A DNA stretch of 64,000 nt. It comes from an uncultured virus (IMG/VR IMGVR_UViG_2061766007_001614) (Duplodnaviria > Heunggongvirae > Uroviricota > Caudoviricetes). How positions within the stretch are numbered: position 1 is the first letter of the stretch; every line of letters begins with the position of its first letter. The stretch lies in the IMG/VR virus record IMGVR_UViG_2061766007_001614. The stretch is one strand, 5' to 3'. This document shows positions 54,953-64,000 of this stretch, one piece after another. A program made the translations under genes and the position numbers. Under the pieces are notes generated by a model, which saw only the letters and a program-made list of their open reading frames with translations, searched no databases and was not told the DNA's origin.

Positions 54953-55496
54953 TATTGTATTGATCTTAGCTGGTGGTGGTGCCTTAGCTGCAATGCTAAA
55001 GTTTATCGAGTTTCTGATAGATCACCATACAAAAAGAAGAGAACGTAGGGAAGACAAGAGGGACGCATTAGGAAATCTTCGAACAGAATTAAAGGACCAT
55101 CTTACAAACGTCAATCTTGATTGGAAAAGAGACTATTGCGACAAGCATTTTGAAGCGATAGGAGAATTAAAGGAAGTCTCTGGTCAGCTTAAGGACAATG
55201 TGATACTCCTTACCCAAACGGTAACATCAATGAAAGAGTATAACGTACATGTTGGCAGTGCTGTCCAGGGAATAATCCATGACAGGATAATCCATAACGT
55301 AGATTGTTATATTGCCAGAGGTGCAATAACTCGTGAGGAACTGTCCACCTTGAAGTCAATGTATGAACCATACAAAGAACTGGGCGGTAATGGATCTGTA
55401 AAAGATGCATGGGATATTGCAAGCGACTTACCGGTTATAACAAAAGAAGAAGCAGCCAAGCTTGACTTGGAACTTGAACGAAAGAAATTTGCATGA
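54942..55496 (+). CDS. holin-like/membrane-anchored protein
   Basis: N-terminal TM segment; HDRI...YI.RG.IT..EL....MYEPY.ELGGNG. Confidence 0.55.
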   Translation: MFRDIVLILAGGGALAAMLKFIEFLIDHHTKRRERREDKRDALGNLRTELKDHLTNVNLDWKRDYCDKHFEAIGELKEVSGQLKDNVILLTQTVTSMKEYNVHVGSAVQGIIHDRIIHNVDCYIARGAITREELSTLKSMYEPYKELGGNGSVKDAWDIASDLPVITKEEAAKLDLELERKKFA

Positions 55497-55512
55497 AAGG
55501 AGGAAACGATGC

Positions 55513-55758
55513 ATGAGTTATTGGTTAGATAGCTCCCAGCAGTATTCGGGATTCCCAACCCAAAGAGACTTTTACTGCGATACGCCGGATGATATCTCCA
55601 ATCTTCCCACAATAACGCAACCAGGCGTTCAACAGGGAGATGATACCATATCGTGTCAGATTGTATCTCCGGGTTCAAGTTGTATGTGTCTTTCTCCTGC
55701 CACGCTTTACTTCCTAAACAGTGAAGGCCGATGGGTAGACGGAAAAAAGGAGGGGTAA
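55513..55758 (+). CDS. small virion-associated protein
   Basis: FYCDTPDDISNLPT...PGSSC.C......Y.LNSEG.W. Confidence 0.55.
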   Translation: MSYWLDSSQQYSGFPTQRDFYCDTPDDISNLPTITQPGVQQGDDTISCQIVSPGSSCMCLSPATLYFLNSEGRWVDGKKEG

Positions 55759-55761
55759 TTT

Positions 55762-56214
55762 ATGGATAAGAAAACCTTATTCCTTCTTTTGAACCGCATC
55801 AGCGAGATGGGCGGGGATACATATACAAAAGACGAGATCGACGACATGATTGCGCAGCTGCGTACTTTTGAAATGGAAGTAGTCTTAAGGCTGCCAACAG
55901 AAAACATCAAGACCAACTGTATTTACTTTGTGCCCAGAGGACAACTTGGGCAGGATGCTTATTATGAGTATGTCTATGTAAATAACAAGTGGGAGTTCGT
56001 CGGATCAACAGAGGTAGACCTGACTAATTATTGGACCATCAATGAGACAAAACAATACATTGAGGACAATAAGTATGTACTGCCTCAGGCCACCGAGGAT
56101 ACCTTAGGTGGAATAAAGCTAAGTAATAACGGCGCCGTCACGTTAGACGAAGATGGCAATGCTGTTATCGCAACTACAAGTGAAGAAGACATTGCGGCTC
56201 TCTTCGCTTCATGA
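55762..56214 (+). CDS. fibre-like structural protein
   Basis: YTKDEID, LPT..I....IY.VP...YYEY..VN.KWE.VG; LPQAT..TLGGIK. Confidence 0.6.
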   Translation: MDKKTLFLLLNRISEMGGDTYTKDEIDDMIAQLRTFEMEVVLRLPTENIKTNCIYFVPRGQLGQDAYYEYVYVNNKWEFVGSTEVDLTNYWTINETKQYIEDNKYVLPQATEDTLGGIKLSNNGAVTLDEDGNAVIATTSEEDIAALFAS

Positions 56215-56260
56215 GTAAAAGGGACACTATTAAAAAACTAAAACAAAGGAGAAAAAAACA

Positions 56261-57358
56261 ATGGCAGATATTAATAAGACTTATGTTGACTATGCTGGTT
56301 TGTCAAAATATGACGAGCTGATTAAAGGTAAAATGGCTGCGGATATCGCAACCGAAGCAACCAGAGCAACTGGCGTAGAGGCCGGACTTCAGAGTGCAAT
56401 TGATATACTTAATGGCAATGATACCACTACCGGTTCCGTAGCCAAGGCCGTAAAGGATGGCGTTGATGCTCTTGACGCTCAGCTTGCAGCTGTAGCAAAG
56501 TCAGGCGATGCTGATGACGTTGCATATGATAATACTACATCCGGACTTGCAGCTACTGATGTCCAGGCTGCAATCGATGAAGTTGCTGCTGCTTCTGCAG
56601 GCGGTGTTTCATCAAAGACTGTTTACATGGTAGATAATGGAGCTACTTCTGCTTATGCAAAGGTATATAACATTTACCAGGGTGACCAGGGAAGTGCTGC
56701 TGATCCTGAAGTAACAGAGCTTATTGGAACGATCAATATTCCTAAGGATAAGGTTGTTGAGGATGGCTCGGTTGTATCTATCTTCTTCGATTCTTCAGAC
56801 AACACTCTTCATGAAGGTTCTATCTCTGGTACAGACGTAACAGAACTTATCGTAGGAGCAGGTGGCACAGCTACATCAGCAGATGCCGGTAAGTACATTA
56901 AACTTACACTTCAGAATGTAACAGATCCTCTGTACATTGCAGCTCAGTCACTGGTTGATATTTATACTGGTGGAACAACCGCAGAAGCCACAGTATCAAT
57001 CAGCAATGCTAACGAAATCACAGTATCAATTGGAACAATCGCTGCTACAAAGATTTCTCACAATTCAAGCACAGTTGAGGCAGCTCTCAATGTTCTTGAG
57101 GGTGATTCCACAACAGCTGGTTCAGTTGCAAAGGCAGAGGCAGATGCAAAGGCATATGCAGATGGACTTGTAGCTGGTCTTGATACATCCAGCGATGTTG
57201 CTCTTTATAGCCATGACACAACAACTGGCGCTGTAACATTTACCGGAAGCCTCGCTGAGTCTGATGGTATTATCGGAGAAGGATCAGGTGATGATGTAAT
57301 CTTCACTCCTGTTACAAATTCAGAGATTCAGGCACTCTTCGCTTCTGTTTCCGCATAA
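56261..57358 (+). CDS. fibre-like structural protein
   Basis: Ala/Thr/Asp-rich; EATRA..E, GSVAKA repeats, YDNTTSGL.ATDVQAAIDE, INIPKD. Confidence 0.6.
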   Translation: MADINKTYVDYAGLSKYDELIKGKMAADIATEATRATGVEAGLQSAIDILNGNDTTTGSVAKAVKDGVDALDAQLAAVAKSGDADDVAYDNTTSGLAATDVQAAIDEVAAASAGGVSSKTVYMVDNGATSAYAKVYNIYQGDQGSAADPEVTELIGTINIPKDKVVEDGSVVSIFFDSSDNTLHEGSISGTDVTELIVGAGGTATSADAGKYIKLTLQNVTDPLYIAAQSLVDIYTGGTTAEATVSISNANEITVSIGTIAATKISHNSSTVEAALNVLEGDSTTAGSVAKAEADAKAYADGLVAGLDTSSDVALYSHDTTTGAVTFTGSLAESDGIIGEGSGDDVIFTPVTNSEIQALFASVSA

Positions 57359-57381
57359 AATTAAATTGAAAGGAGATTGCC

Positions 57382-58468
57382 ATGTCTGACATAACGAAAA
57401 AGTATGTGGACTATGCTGGCCTTCAGGAATATGACAGCCAGATAAAGGGTGTAATCTCCACGGACTTTGTAGGGGCTACGTCATCTGCGGATGGCGCAGC
57501 CGGCAGAGTACCGGCTCCCGAATCCGGAGACGAAAATAAATTTTTACGTGGAGACGGCACTTGGGCAGCTTCACCGGCTGCTAGCGGTGTTACCGGTGTA
57601 AAAGGTAATTCTGAAATAAACTATCGGCAGGGCGATGTAAATATAACTCCAGACAATATTGGGCTGGGTAATGTTGGAAATTATAAAGCAGTTTCAACAG
57701 TTGCAAATCAAGAGCTTACCGCAGCGGAACAGTCAAATGCCAGGACCAATATTGGCGCTTTAGATGATAGTATTTTTTCCAATTGTGATGCTTGGTATCC
57801 TAAAACTTGGAATGGATTGACTGAGTTTTTAGCAGTTGACGTCTGGACGGATGGAGATAACATTTATTATTCACATGTTCTTTTTCCAGAGGGTACTAAT
57901 AAACAATATGTCCTTAATGTAGCTACATCCACTTGGTCTCCTAAGACTTGGAACGGATTGACTGAATTTTATGGACGTTTTGTCTGGACGGATGGAGATA
58001 ACATTTATTATTCAGAGATTACTGTTCCAGAGGGCATTAGTAATCAGTATGTTCTTGATAAATCTACTTCCACCTGGTCTCCTAAGACTTGGAACGGATT
58101 GACTNNNNNNNNNNAACATTAATGAATCGGCTATTTGGCGAGATGGGACTAATACATATTACTCTAGATATAACTCTGTTAGTTCAGACCAGTATGTCTT
58201 AAACAAAGCGAAAGTTTTAGGTACAGCAGCCATAAAGAATGTTGCCATTAGCGGTGATGCTAGTTCGACACAAGTAGTTATGGGTAATGATAGTCGTCTT
58301 ACTGATGCTCGAAATGCTGCGGACGTTTCAGCCTGGGCCAAAGAGTCTACAAAGCCGACATATACTGCTTCTGAAGTAGGAATATTTAGTGGAACCTCCT
58401 CGGAATGGGATCAGCTGACTTCAACCCAGAAGGCCTCTTATACAATCGTAATCCTAGCTGACGATTAA
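57382..58468 (+). CDS. fibre/adhesin with tandem WSPKTWNGLT repeats (crosses a gap)
   Basis: G.VPAP..G...KFLRGDGTW, VTGVKGNSE..YR.G.VNITP; 3 or more repeats of about 46 aa; frame after the gap joins ORF 58280-58468. Confidence 0.7.
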
Positions 58469-58479
58469 AAGGTGATTCT

Positions 58480-58650
58480 ATGAATTTTATAAAGACAAGC
58501 GATGCAGAACTTGCCAAAGAGCTAAGGGCTTCTGGATATAAGGAGCTAAAAAGCCAGGGCAAGTTTTTTGTATTCATAAACAATGGGGATACCACCTTCT
58601 CTGCTGAACAGAAAAAGAAGATGGTAATGACCAATAAGATGGAGGTTTAA
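58480..58650 (+). CDS. small conserved head-module protein
   Basis: MNFIKTSDAELAKEL...G.......F.FINN, 56 aa; not in the ORF track. Confidence 0.6.
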   Translation: MNFIKTSDAELAKELRASGYKELKSQGKFFVFINNGDTTFSAEQKKKMVMTNKMEV

Positions 58651-58651
58651 A

Positions 58652-60233
58652 GTGAAAAAGAAACTCTTAACACTAGAAGACCTCGTCAAGTTTTGCAGAG
58701 AACAGAAACTGTTCTCATTCAGCTCAAAAGAGAATGGATACCAGTTATGTGTATCTGTTCCCGCTACATTTGAGAAACAGGAAGATGAAAGCTCTTCTCT
58801 TCTGTTTTCAAAGATAAAGGCTTTTCACACAGGCCGCAACAGAAACGACTCTAGTGTAACTGTTGAGGCTGCAGAAAAGTCCTTGAGCACCTTTGCTTAT
58901 AAGCCTATACTGGCAGCCTTTACTACCGACAAGAACGGTAATGAAGACTTCATGTCTCATGAGATGGAAATCGATGATGACGGTAATGTTATTTATATTG
59001 AACAGCAAGTAGGCAGCTTTACTGCTGATGCCCCATTCATGGAAAAGGATCCTGAGCATGAGGACAGACAATATGTATATGCTCTAGCAGCTATACCCCG
59101 TGAGTACACCCATGCTGCGGATATTATTGAACGCAAAGGTGGGACTAAAGTATCAGTAGAACTCATTGTCAATAAGTTTTCCTATGATGAAGAGGAAGAT
59201 GTTTTATTGTTGGAAGACATTGAGGTATCAGGACTTACGCTCCTCGGCATATCCGAAGAAGGCGGCGACCCTAAGAAGGACGCTGTTGAAGAGGGCATGG
59301 AAGGTGCACGTCTTGATATTGCTGACTTTAGCAGACAGAAGAACAGTTCATTCTCATATGAGAAGCTGGAAAGTGTTATCAAAGAGACTATCATACAGAC
59401 TCTTAATGATAATAAAACTAAGGAAGGAGGAAATACGATGAAGTTTAGTGACGAGAAACTAAACGAGCTGCTTGAGAAGTATGCGGTTAAGTCAGAGGAT
59501 CTGACCTTTGACCTTGAAGCGATTGAATCTGACGAAGCTCTTGAAAAGGCTTTTGAAGCACAGTTTTCAGTTCCTTCCGCAGAACCTGAGCCAGCTCCTG
59601 AGGAGAAGACAATCACAATGTCTCTGACTCTTGGTGATACTGTAAAAGAGTTTTCAAGGAGTCTCTCAGAAGTTATTTATGCTTTGTCAGACCTTGTCAA
59701 TGCTACTTATAGTGAAGACAACACTATCTACTGCGTGGACGTATTTGATGATGGCAGTGCCAAATCTAAGTACCTTATCATGCAGGATATGTTTACCGGT
59801 AAAGCTTACAAGCAGAGCTGGTCATTTAAAGATGGTGTTTATTCTCTCAAGGGTGAAAGGGTTGACGTTTACAGTGTATGGGTAACAGCTGAGGAAAAAG
59901 AACAGCTTGAGGCTATGAAAGCCAACTATGCTGCTAACGAGACAAAACTTGAAGAGGCAACAAAAGAACTTGATCTTTACAAGGCAGAACCTGAGAAGGT
60001 TGAGCTTCTTAATTCGGATGACTACTCCGTTGTCCGTGATACTGCTGAGTTTGCAGAGCTTTCAAAGAGAGAGTCTTACTTCTCTCTCACCAAGGAAGAC
60101 CTTACTCAGAAGCTTGACGGCATGCTTGTAGAGTTTGCCAAGAAACAGTCAAGAGAAACAAAGGTTGAACCGGTTGCTGCAAAGAGATTTGGTTTCGGTG
60201 AGCCCGAAGCTAAGTCAGGCAGATACGGCGGAG
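58652..60233 (+). CDS. prohead protease/scaffold protein (C-terminus in gap)
   Basis: HTGRNRN.S, YKPILA, FMSHEM, VSVEL, GLTLLG...GMEGA; acidic coiled-coil C-half. Confidence 0.75.
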
Positions 60234-60243
60234 NNNNNNNNNN

Positions 60244-60417
60244 GGTAATAAACAATATGTTCTTGATGTGGCCACTTCCACCTGGTCTCCTAAGACTTGG
60301 AACGGATTGACTGACATTTATGGGCCGAGTATTTGGACGGATGGAGATAACATTTATTATTCGAATAGTAATAAACAATATGTTCTTGATGTGGCCACTT
60401 CCACCTGGTCTCCTAAG
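60244..60417 (+). repeat. extra unit of the fibre WSPKTWNGLT repeat, flanked by N-gaps
   Basis: Translates GNKQYVLDVATSTWSPKTWNGLTDIYGPSIWTDGDNIYYSNSNKQYVLDVATSTWSPK, matching 57790-58104. Confidence 0.85.
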
Positions 60418-60457
60418 NNNNNNNNNNTATGTTAAAATATTTATCCCGGAGGTTCTT

Positions 60458-61246
60458 ATGAGCAGAAAAAACGATATTTGTGGTATTTATAAAATCATCA
60501 ACAATGTAAATGGCAAACTTTACATTGGTCAATCAAAAAGGATATACACACGTTGGACTGAACATAAGAAAGAATTACGACGTGGAAAACATGGTAACCC
60601 GTATCTTCAAAAAGCATGGGATAAATATGGGGAAGCCGCTTTTTCTCACGAACTAATTGAAGAGTGCAGTGAAGACATTCTAGATGAGAGGGAGTGTTAT
60701 TATATTAAGTTGTTCAATACTATGAATGAATTAAATGGGTATAACCTTACATCGGGAGGCGGGCGTAAAAAACAATACTCCGCTTCAACAAGAGCGAAAT
60801 TAAAAATCAATGGAACTGGTTCCAATAACCCTAATAGCAAAAAAGTAATCTCGCTTGAAGATGGTGTTATTCACGAATCTATAAATCTCGCTGCTAAGAC
60901 GCATAATACGCATGCTGCTATGATATATAGATGTTGTACCCTGAAGAGGTATACTGCGGGTGGATATCATTGGATGTATTATGACCAGTATCTATTGTCT
61001 TCACCTCAACAGATTGAAGAACTTCTATCCAAGCGAGACAATGGGAAGACGCGAAGCGTAATATACCTGAACACAATGAAGGTCTACTCTTCAATTAAAG
61101 AAGCACATGAAGACACTGGGGCAAACGCTAATAGCATTAACCAGTGTTGTATACATGGAAGGCCTAATGCCGGTTATACAGATGACGGCAAACCAAGAAT
61201 TTTCATGTATTACAAAGAATATTTAAGCAAGAATGAGGCGGGATGA
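60458..61246 (+). CDS. GIY-YIG homing endonuclease with NUMOD repeats
   Basis: CGIYKIIN.VNGKLYIGQS..I..RW..H...L...H.N.YLQ.AW.KYG; GYNL..GG. Confidence 0.92.
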   Translation: MSRKNDICGIYKIINNVNGKLYIGQSKRIYTRWTEHKKELRRGKHGNPYLQKAWDKYGEAAFSHELIEECSEDILDERECYYIKLFNTMNELNGYNLTSGGGRKKQYSASTRAKLKINGTGSNNPNSKKVISLEDGVIHESINLAAKTHNTHAAMIYRCCTLKRYTAGGYHWMYYDQYLLSSPQQIEELLSKRDNGKTRSVIYLNTMKVYSSIKEAHEDTGANANSINQCCIHGRPNAGYTDDGKPRIFMYYKEYLSKNEAG

Positions 61247-61287
61247 CCGCCTTATTTTATTACTAATATTTCGAAAGGAGAAAAATT

Positions 61288-61758
61288 ATGATTGATATTC
61301 GTAAAGGCAGCCATATTTCTAGCTTCCCAACGCTCATCTCATCAATGATGAATACTTACAAAAGAGTATACAACATCACTCTTGGCGCTGCTACTGATAA
61401 TGGTCAGCTGGCTACACGTGGCGCATATATTTCATTTGATAACTATGCTCAGGGAGCTGTTACAGATGGTGACGTAACAATCAGAGTAAATGAACTTGGA
61501 GCAGATGGAAGATGGATTTGTGAGGTTATGGCCCTTCCTTCAGATGAGGTTCTTTATCTCTATAATTCACCAGTTAGTGAATATAGCGAGAGGGATCTTC
61601 AGGATGAGTCACTCTTCTACAATGCTCAGGGCGATGTAGTTCAGGGCGCTCCGCTTCTTATAGGAGACCTCTTCTCTCTGAGTGAAAACGCATTTGTGGG
61701 AACTCCTGCAGCAGGCAAGACTGCCGAGTATACAAGCGGAAAATATGAAATTCAGTAA
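61288..61758 (+). CDS. putative capsid decoration protein
   Basis: 156 aa directly before MCP; DNG...FYN..G..V.G..L..GD.F. Confidence 0.6.
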   Translation: MIDIRKGSHISSFPTLISSMMNTYKRVYNITLGAATDNGQLATRGAYISFDNYAQGAVTDGDVTIRVNELGADGRWICEVMALPSDEVLYLYNSPVSEYSERDLQDESLFYNAQGDVVQGAPLLIGDLFSLSENAFVGTPAAGKTAEYTSGKYEIQ

Positions 61759-61784
61759 ATCTAGGAAAGGAGAAAAGATTAACT

Positions 61785-62894
61785 ATGAAAAAGAATTTTA
61801 GTTCACATGTTATGACTGTATTTTCTGATTTTAATACAGATCACGAAAGCATGACAAACCTTATGACTGATCTTGCTCTTGGCCGTGAGATTTACGATGG
61901 TGAAAAGAAAATTTCAAAGGCAGAGGCAAACGAAACCGTGCGAAACTTTGCACTCAGCATTCTCGGTATTGATGACAATAAAGATGCTAAAACTTTTAAG
62001 CGTGCATGGAGAGATCACAGTCGTGAGTGGTTCGATGTTATCGAAGATACTGTTGATAACGTTATTGAACTTGGTATCCAGTCAAGCGAATGGTTTGAGG
62101 ATTTAGTAGAAAGAAAGACTCTTAACTATTTCGATAGACAGGATTTCTATATTGATACTGACTCTATACTTGCAGTTGCGAAAGCAGGCGTATCCCATCA
62201 CACACATCCTCTTCAGAGGCTTGGTAGGGGTACAACTGTATCTCTGACTCCCGACCTTTATGTAGTTAAGGTTGGCGCAGATATTAACCGCTATATCACC
62301 GGACAAGAGGACTGGGCTCGTCTTGTAAATGCAATTGCTAGAGCATTTATGATAAAGATTCAGACCGAAGTATTCAATGCAGTTGATACAGCTGCTACTC
62401 TCCTTCCAGTTAAGGGAACAGACTTTGTCAATACTGGAACACTCTCATCTGCAACTAAGGGTGCATTTGACCTTATAGTATCTAACGTATCTTATGCTAA
62501 CCCTGGCGCAGAGATCATCATCATGGGAACAAAGAATGCTCTTCAGAAGCTCAATGCTCTTGGAGATGTTAACTGGATTTCTAACCTTGCAAAGGATTCT
62601 GTATACAATATCGGTCGTATGGGCCTGTATGAGGGAACCAGGTTAGTTGAAATTGACAACCGTTTCACCGATAAGACTTATACTGCAAAAGTCTTCAAAG
62701 ACAACAGGCTCCTTATCCTTCCGGTAATTGGTGACGCTGGAAAGTTTGTTAAGGTTATCGATGAAGGCTCTGTAGAGATCGAGCACACAGATAGAGATGA
62801 GAAGTATTCATCAGATCTTATGACCATGGAAGTTCAGAGAAGATTTGGTGTCGGTGTTGTAATCGGCCACCAGTTCGGACAGTGGACAATTTAA
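61785..62894 (+). CDS. major capsid protein
   Basis: 369 aa after scaffold and decoration genes; strong SD; IMGTK.AL.KL, G.YEGT.LVEI; followed by a terminator. Confidence 0.75.
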   Translation: MKKNFSSHVMTVFSDFNTDHESMTNLMTDLALGREIYDGEKKISKAEANETVRNFALSILGIDDNKDAKTFKRAWRDHSREWFDVIEDTVDNVIELGIQSSEWFEDLVERKTLNYFDRQDFYIDTDSILAVAKAGVSHHTHPLQRLGRGTTVSLTPDLYVVKVGADINRYITGQEDWARLVNAIARAFMIKIQTEVFNAVDTAATLLPVKGTDFVNTGTLSSATKGAFDLIVSNVSYANPGAEIIIMGTKNALQKLNALGDVNWISNLAKDSVYNIGRMGLYEGTRLVEIDNRFTDKTYTAKVFKDNRLLILPVIGDAGKFVKVIDEGSVEIEHTDRDEKYSSDLMTMEVQRRFGVGVVIGHQFGQWTI

Positions 62895-62901
62895 TATTGA
62901 T

Positions 62902-62927
62902 GAGGGCGGCATAGCGCTGCCCTCTTT
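62902..62927 (+). terminator. putative terminator after MCP
   Basis: GAGGGCGGC-ATAGC-GCTGCCCTC-TTT. Confidence 0.6.
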
Positions 62928-62964
62928 ATGAGTAAAAGGAGAANNNNNNNNNNNNNNNNNNNNN

Positions 62965-63485
62965 GCTTTAGTAAAAAATGACCAACAGGGAATGACAATT
63001 GATGTCGAAAACCTAAAACAGAAAAAGAAGTTCGAACAGACAGATTATATTATGTGTCGTTCTGTTATAACTGGGGGGTTATACCTGGAAGGAACTAAAA
63101 CCAAGCAGGTCTATTCGTGGACTGATTATGGTGACGAGACTGAAGTAGAATATAGAGATCTTGTTGCAGAAGTGCGTCAGCGCTCAGAATTTATTTTTGC
63201 ACCGAGGTTAATTGTTGAGGATGAGGACTTTGTTGAAGAATTCCCTCAGCTAAAACAATTCTATAATCAATACTATAGCGTCAAAGAGCTCGGGAAGATT
63301 CTTGGGCTACCAGTNNNNNNNNNNNNNNNNNNNNAGAGGAGCTCCCAAAAGGAGCAAAAGAATCATTAAGGAACATTGCAGCTTCGCAGATTGCAAGCGG
63401 AATCATCGATTCTGTTTCAAAAATAAAAAAGTTGGATGAGATATATGATACTGACCTTGAATTTCTTTCAAGCCTCATGAAATAA
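62965..63485 (+). CDS. head-associated protein (start in gap, internal gap)
   Basis: I.CRSV..GGL...Y.W..YGD..EVEYRDL...F.PR; frame after gap LPKGAKESL...DS.SKIK.L. Confidence 0.6.
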
Positions 63486-63496
63486 AGGAGGTTATT

Positions 63497-63955
63497 ATGG
63501 CCTCTGTAAAATACGAAACAATATTTTCTTTGTTCCTCGGAAGCATAACGGACTACAAGCTTGCTTCGTTAAATGAAGAAGATGCCAACACTGTTATGAC
63601 AGAGTACTTTCACAAAGCATTAGCTGCATCTTATCTGAGCCGTATTTTTTCTACAATGAGTACTGATGATGAGAATCAGACGTTCTTTTATGAATTAAAG
63701 TATAAAACCGACATGGACGAAACAGATTTTGTTTGTAATGCTATTGCTAAGTGGATGGTATATGAGTGGTTGCACAATCAAGTTCGTAGCGTAGTAAATA
63801 CTGCTCAGTTTTTTGGTGGTTCCGAACAGAAATATTATTCGCAGTCAGCTCATATAGGCGAACTACGCGCCCTTCAGGATGATGCCTACAAAGAAGCAAG
63901 ATCATTTGTAATGGATAGAGGATGGATAAACAACTCTTACCTGGGAGGTCAGTGA
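63497..63955 (+). CDS. putative head-tail connector/completion protein
   Basis: YE.IFS.FL..ITDY...M..EW....V.S...Q.FGG.EQK.YSQ..H; AAGGAGG SD. Confidence 0.6.
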   Translation: MASVKYETIFSLFLGSITDYKLASLNEEDANTVMTEYFHKALAASYLSRIFSTMSTDDENQTFFYELKYKTDMDETDFVCNAIAKWMVYEWLHNQVRSVVNTAQFFGGSEQKYYSQSAHIGELRALQDDAYKEARSFVMDRGWINNSYLGGQ

Positions 63956-64000
63956 TGGATATTGTACGTTATACATACGGTGACTTTGCCGGACTCCAGA

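Noticed and set aside
60244..60417. DGR template repeat for the fibre gene
   Set aside because: Differences from the gene repeats are not adenine-specific and include indels; no reverse transcriptase is seen; the segment sits between N-gaps
60458..61246. GIY-YIG as part of a second intron
   Set aside because: It has its own SD and a downstream terminator-like hairpin, and the next gene starts intact; no intron core is visible, though the upstream side is gapped
4224..63485. Apparent frameshifts/pseudogenes in iscB, helicase, yopQ/yopR-like, RNAP, terminase and fibre genes
   Set aside because: Every frame break coincides with an N-gap of estimated length, so they are assembly artefacts rather than recoding or decay
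1..64000. Alternative genetic code
   Set aside because: Long conserved genes are open in the standard code with normal stop codons

Overview
Gapped (N-rich) scaffold of a large temperate SPbeta-like phage of a Firmicutes host (Clostridia/Lachnospiraceae-like by inference). Two divergent arms meet at about 43.7-44.45 kb. The minus-strand arm (about 43.3 kb down to 1) starts with structured non-coding RNA, including a hairpin-dense block of about 1.07 kb at 40985-42058. It continues with a stand-alone RNAP alpha-CTD-like gene, a PC4-like gene and about 45 small early genes. Next come an SPbeta yopP/yopQ/yopR(MrpR)-like lysogeny module and an SOS-box promoter in front of a recombination/replication operon (DUF1351, ERF, dUTPase, SSB, replisome organizer, primase-helicase). 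It ends with a radical SAM enzyme, a LexA-DBD protein, a two-domain glycosyltransferase and two IscB/omegaRNA elements. The plus-strand arm encodes a YonO-like single-chain RNA polymerase, split at its catalytic motif by a group I intron carrying an HNH endonuclease. It then encodes ClpP, terminase, portal, fibre-like proteins, prohead protease/scaffold, a GIY-YIG endonuclease, decoration, major capsid and head-completion proteins. Many ORFs are broken by N-gaps, so coordinates across gaps are approximate and some segments may be mis-scaffolded. All homology calls are from motif recognition by eye, not database searches.
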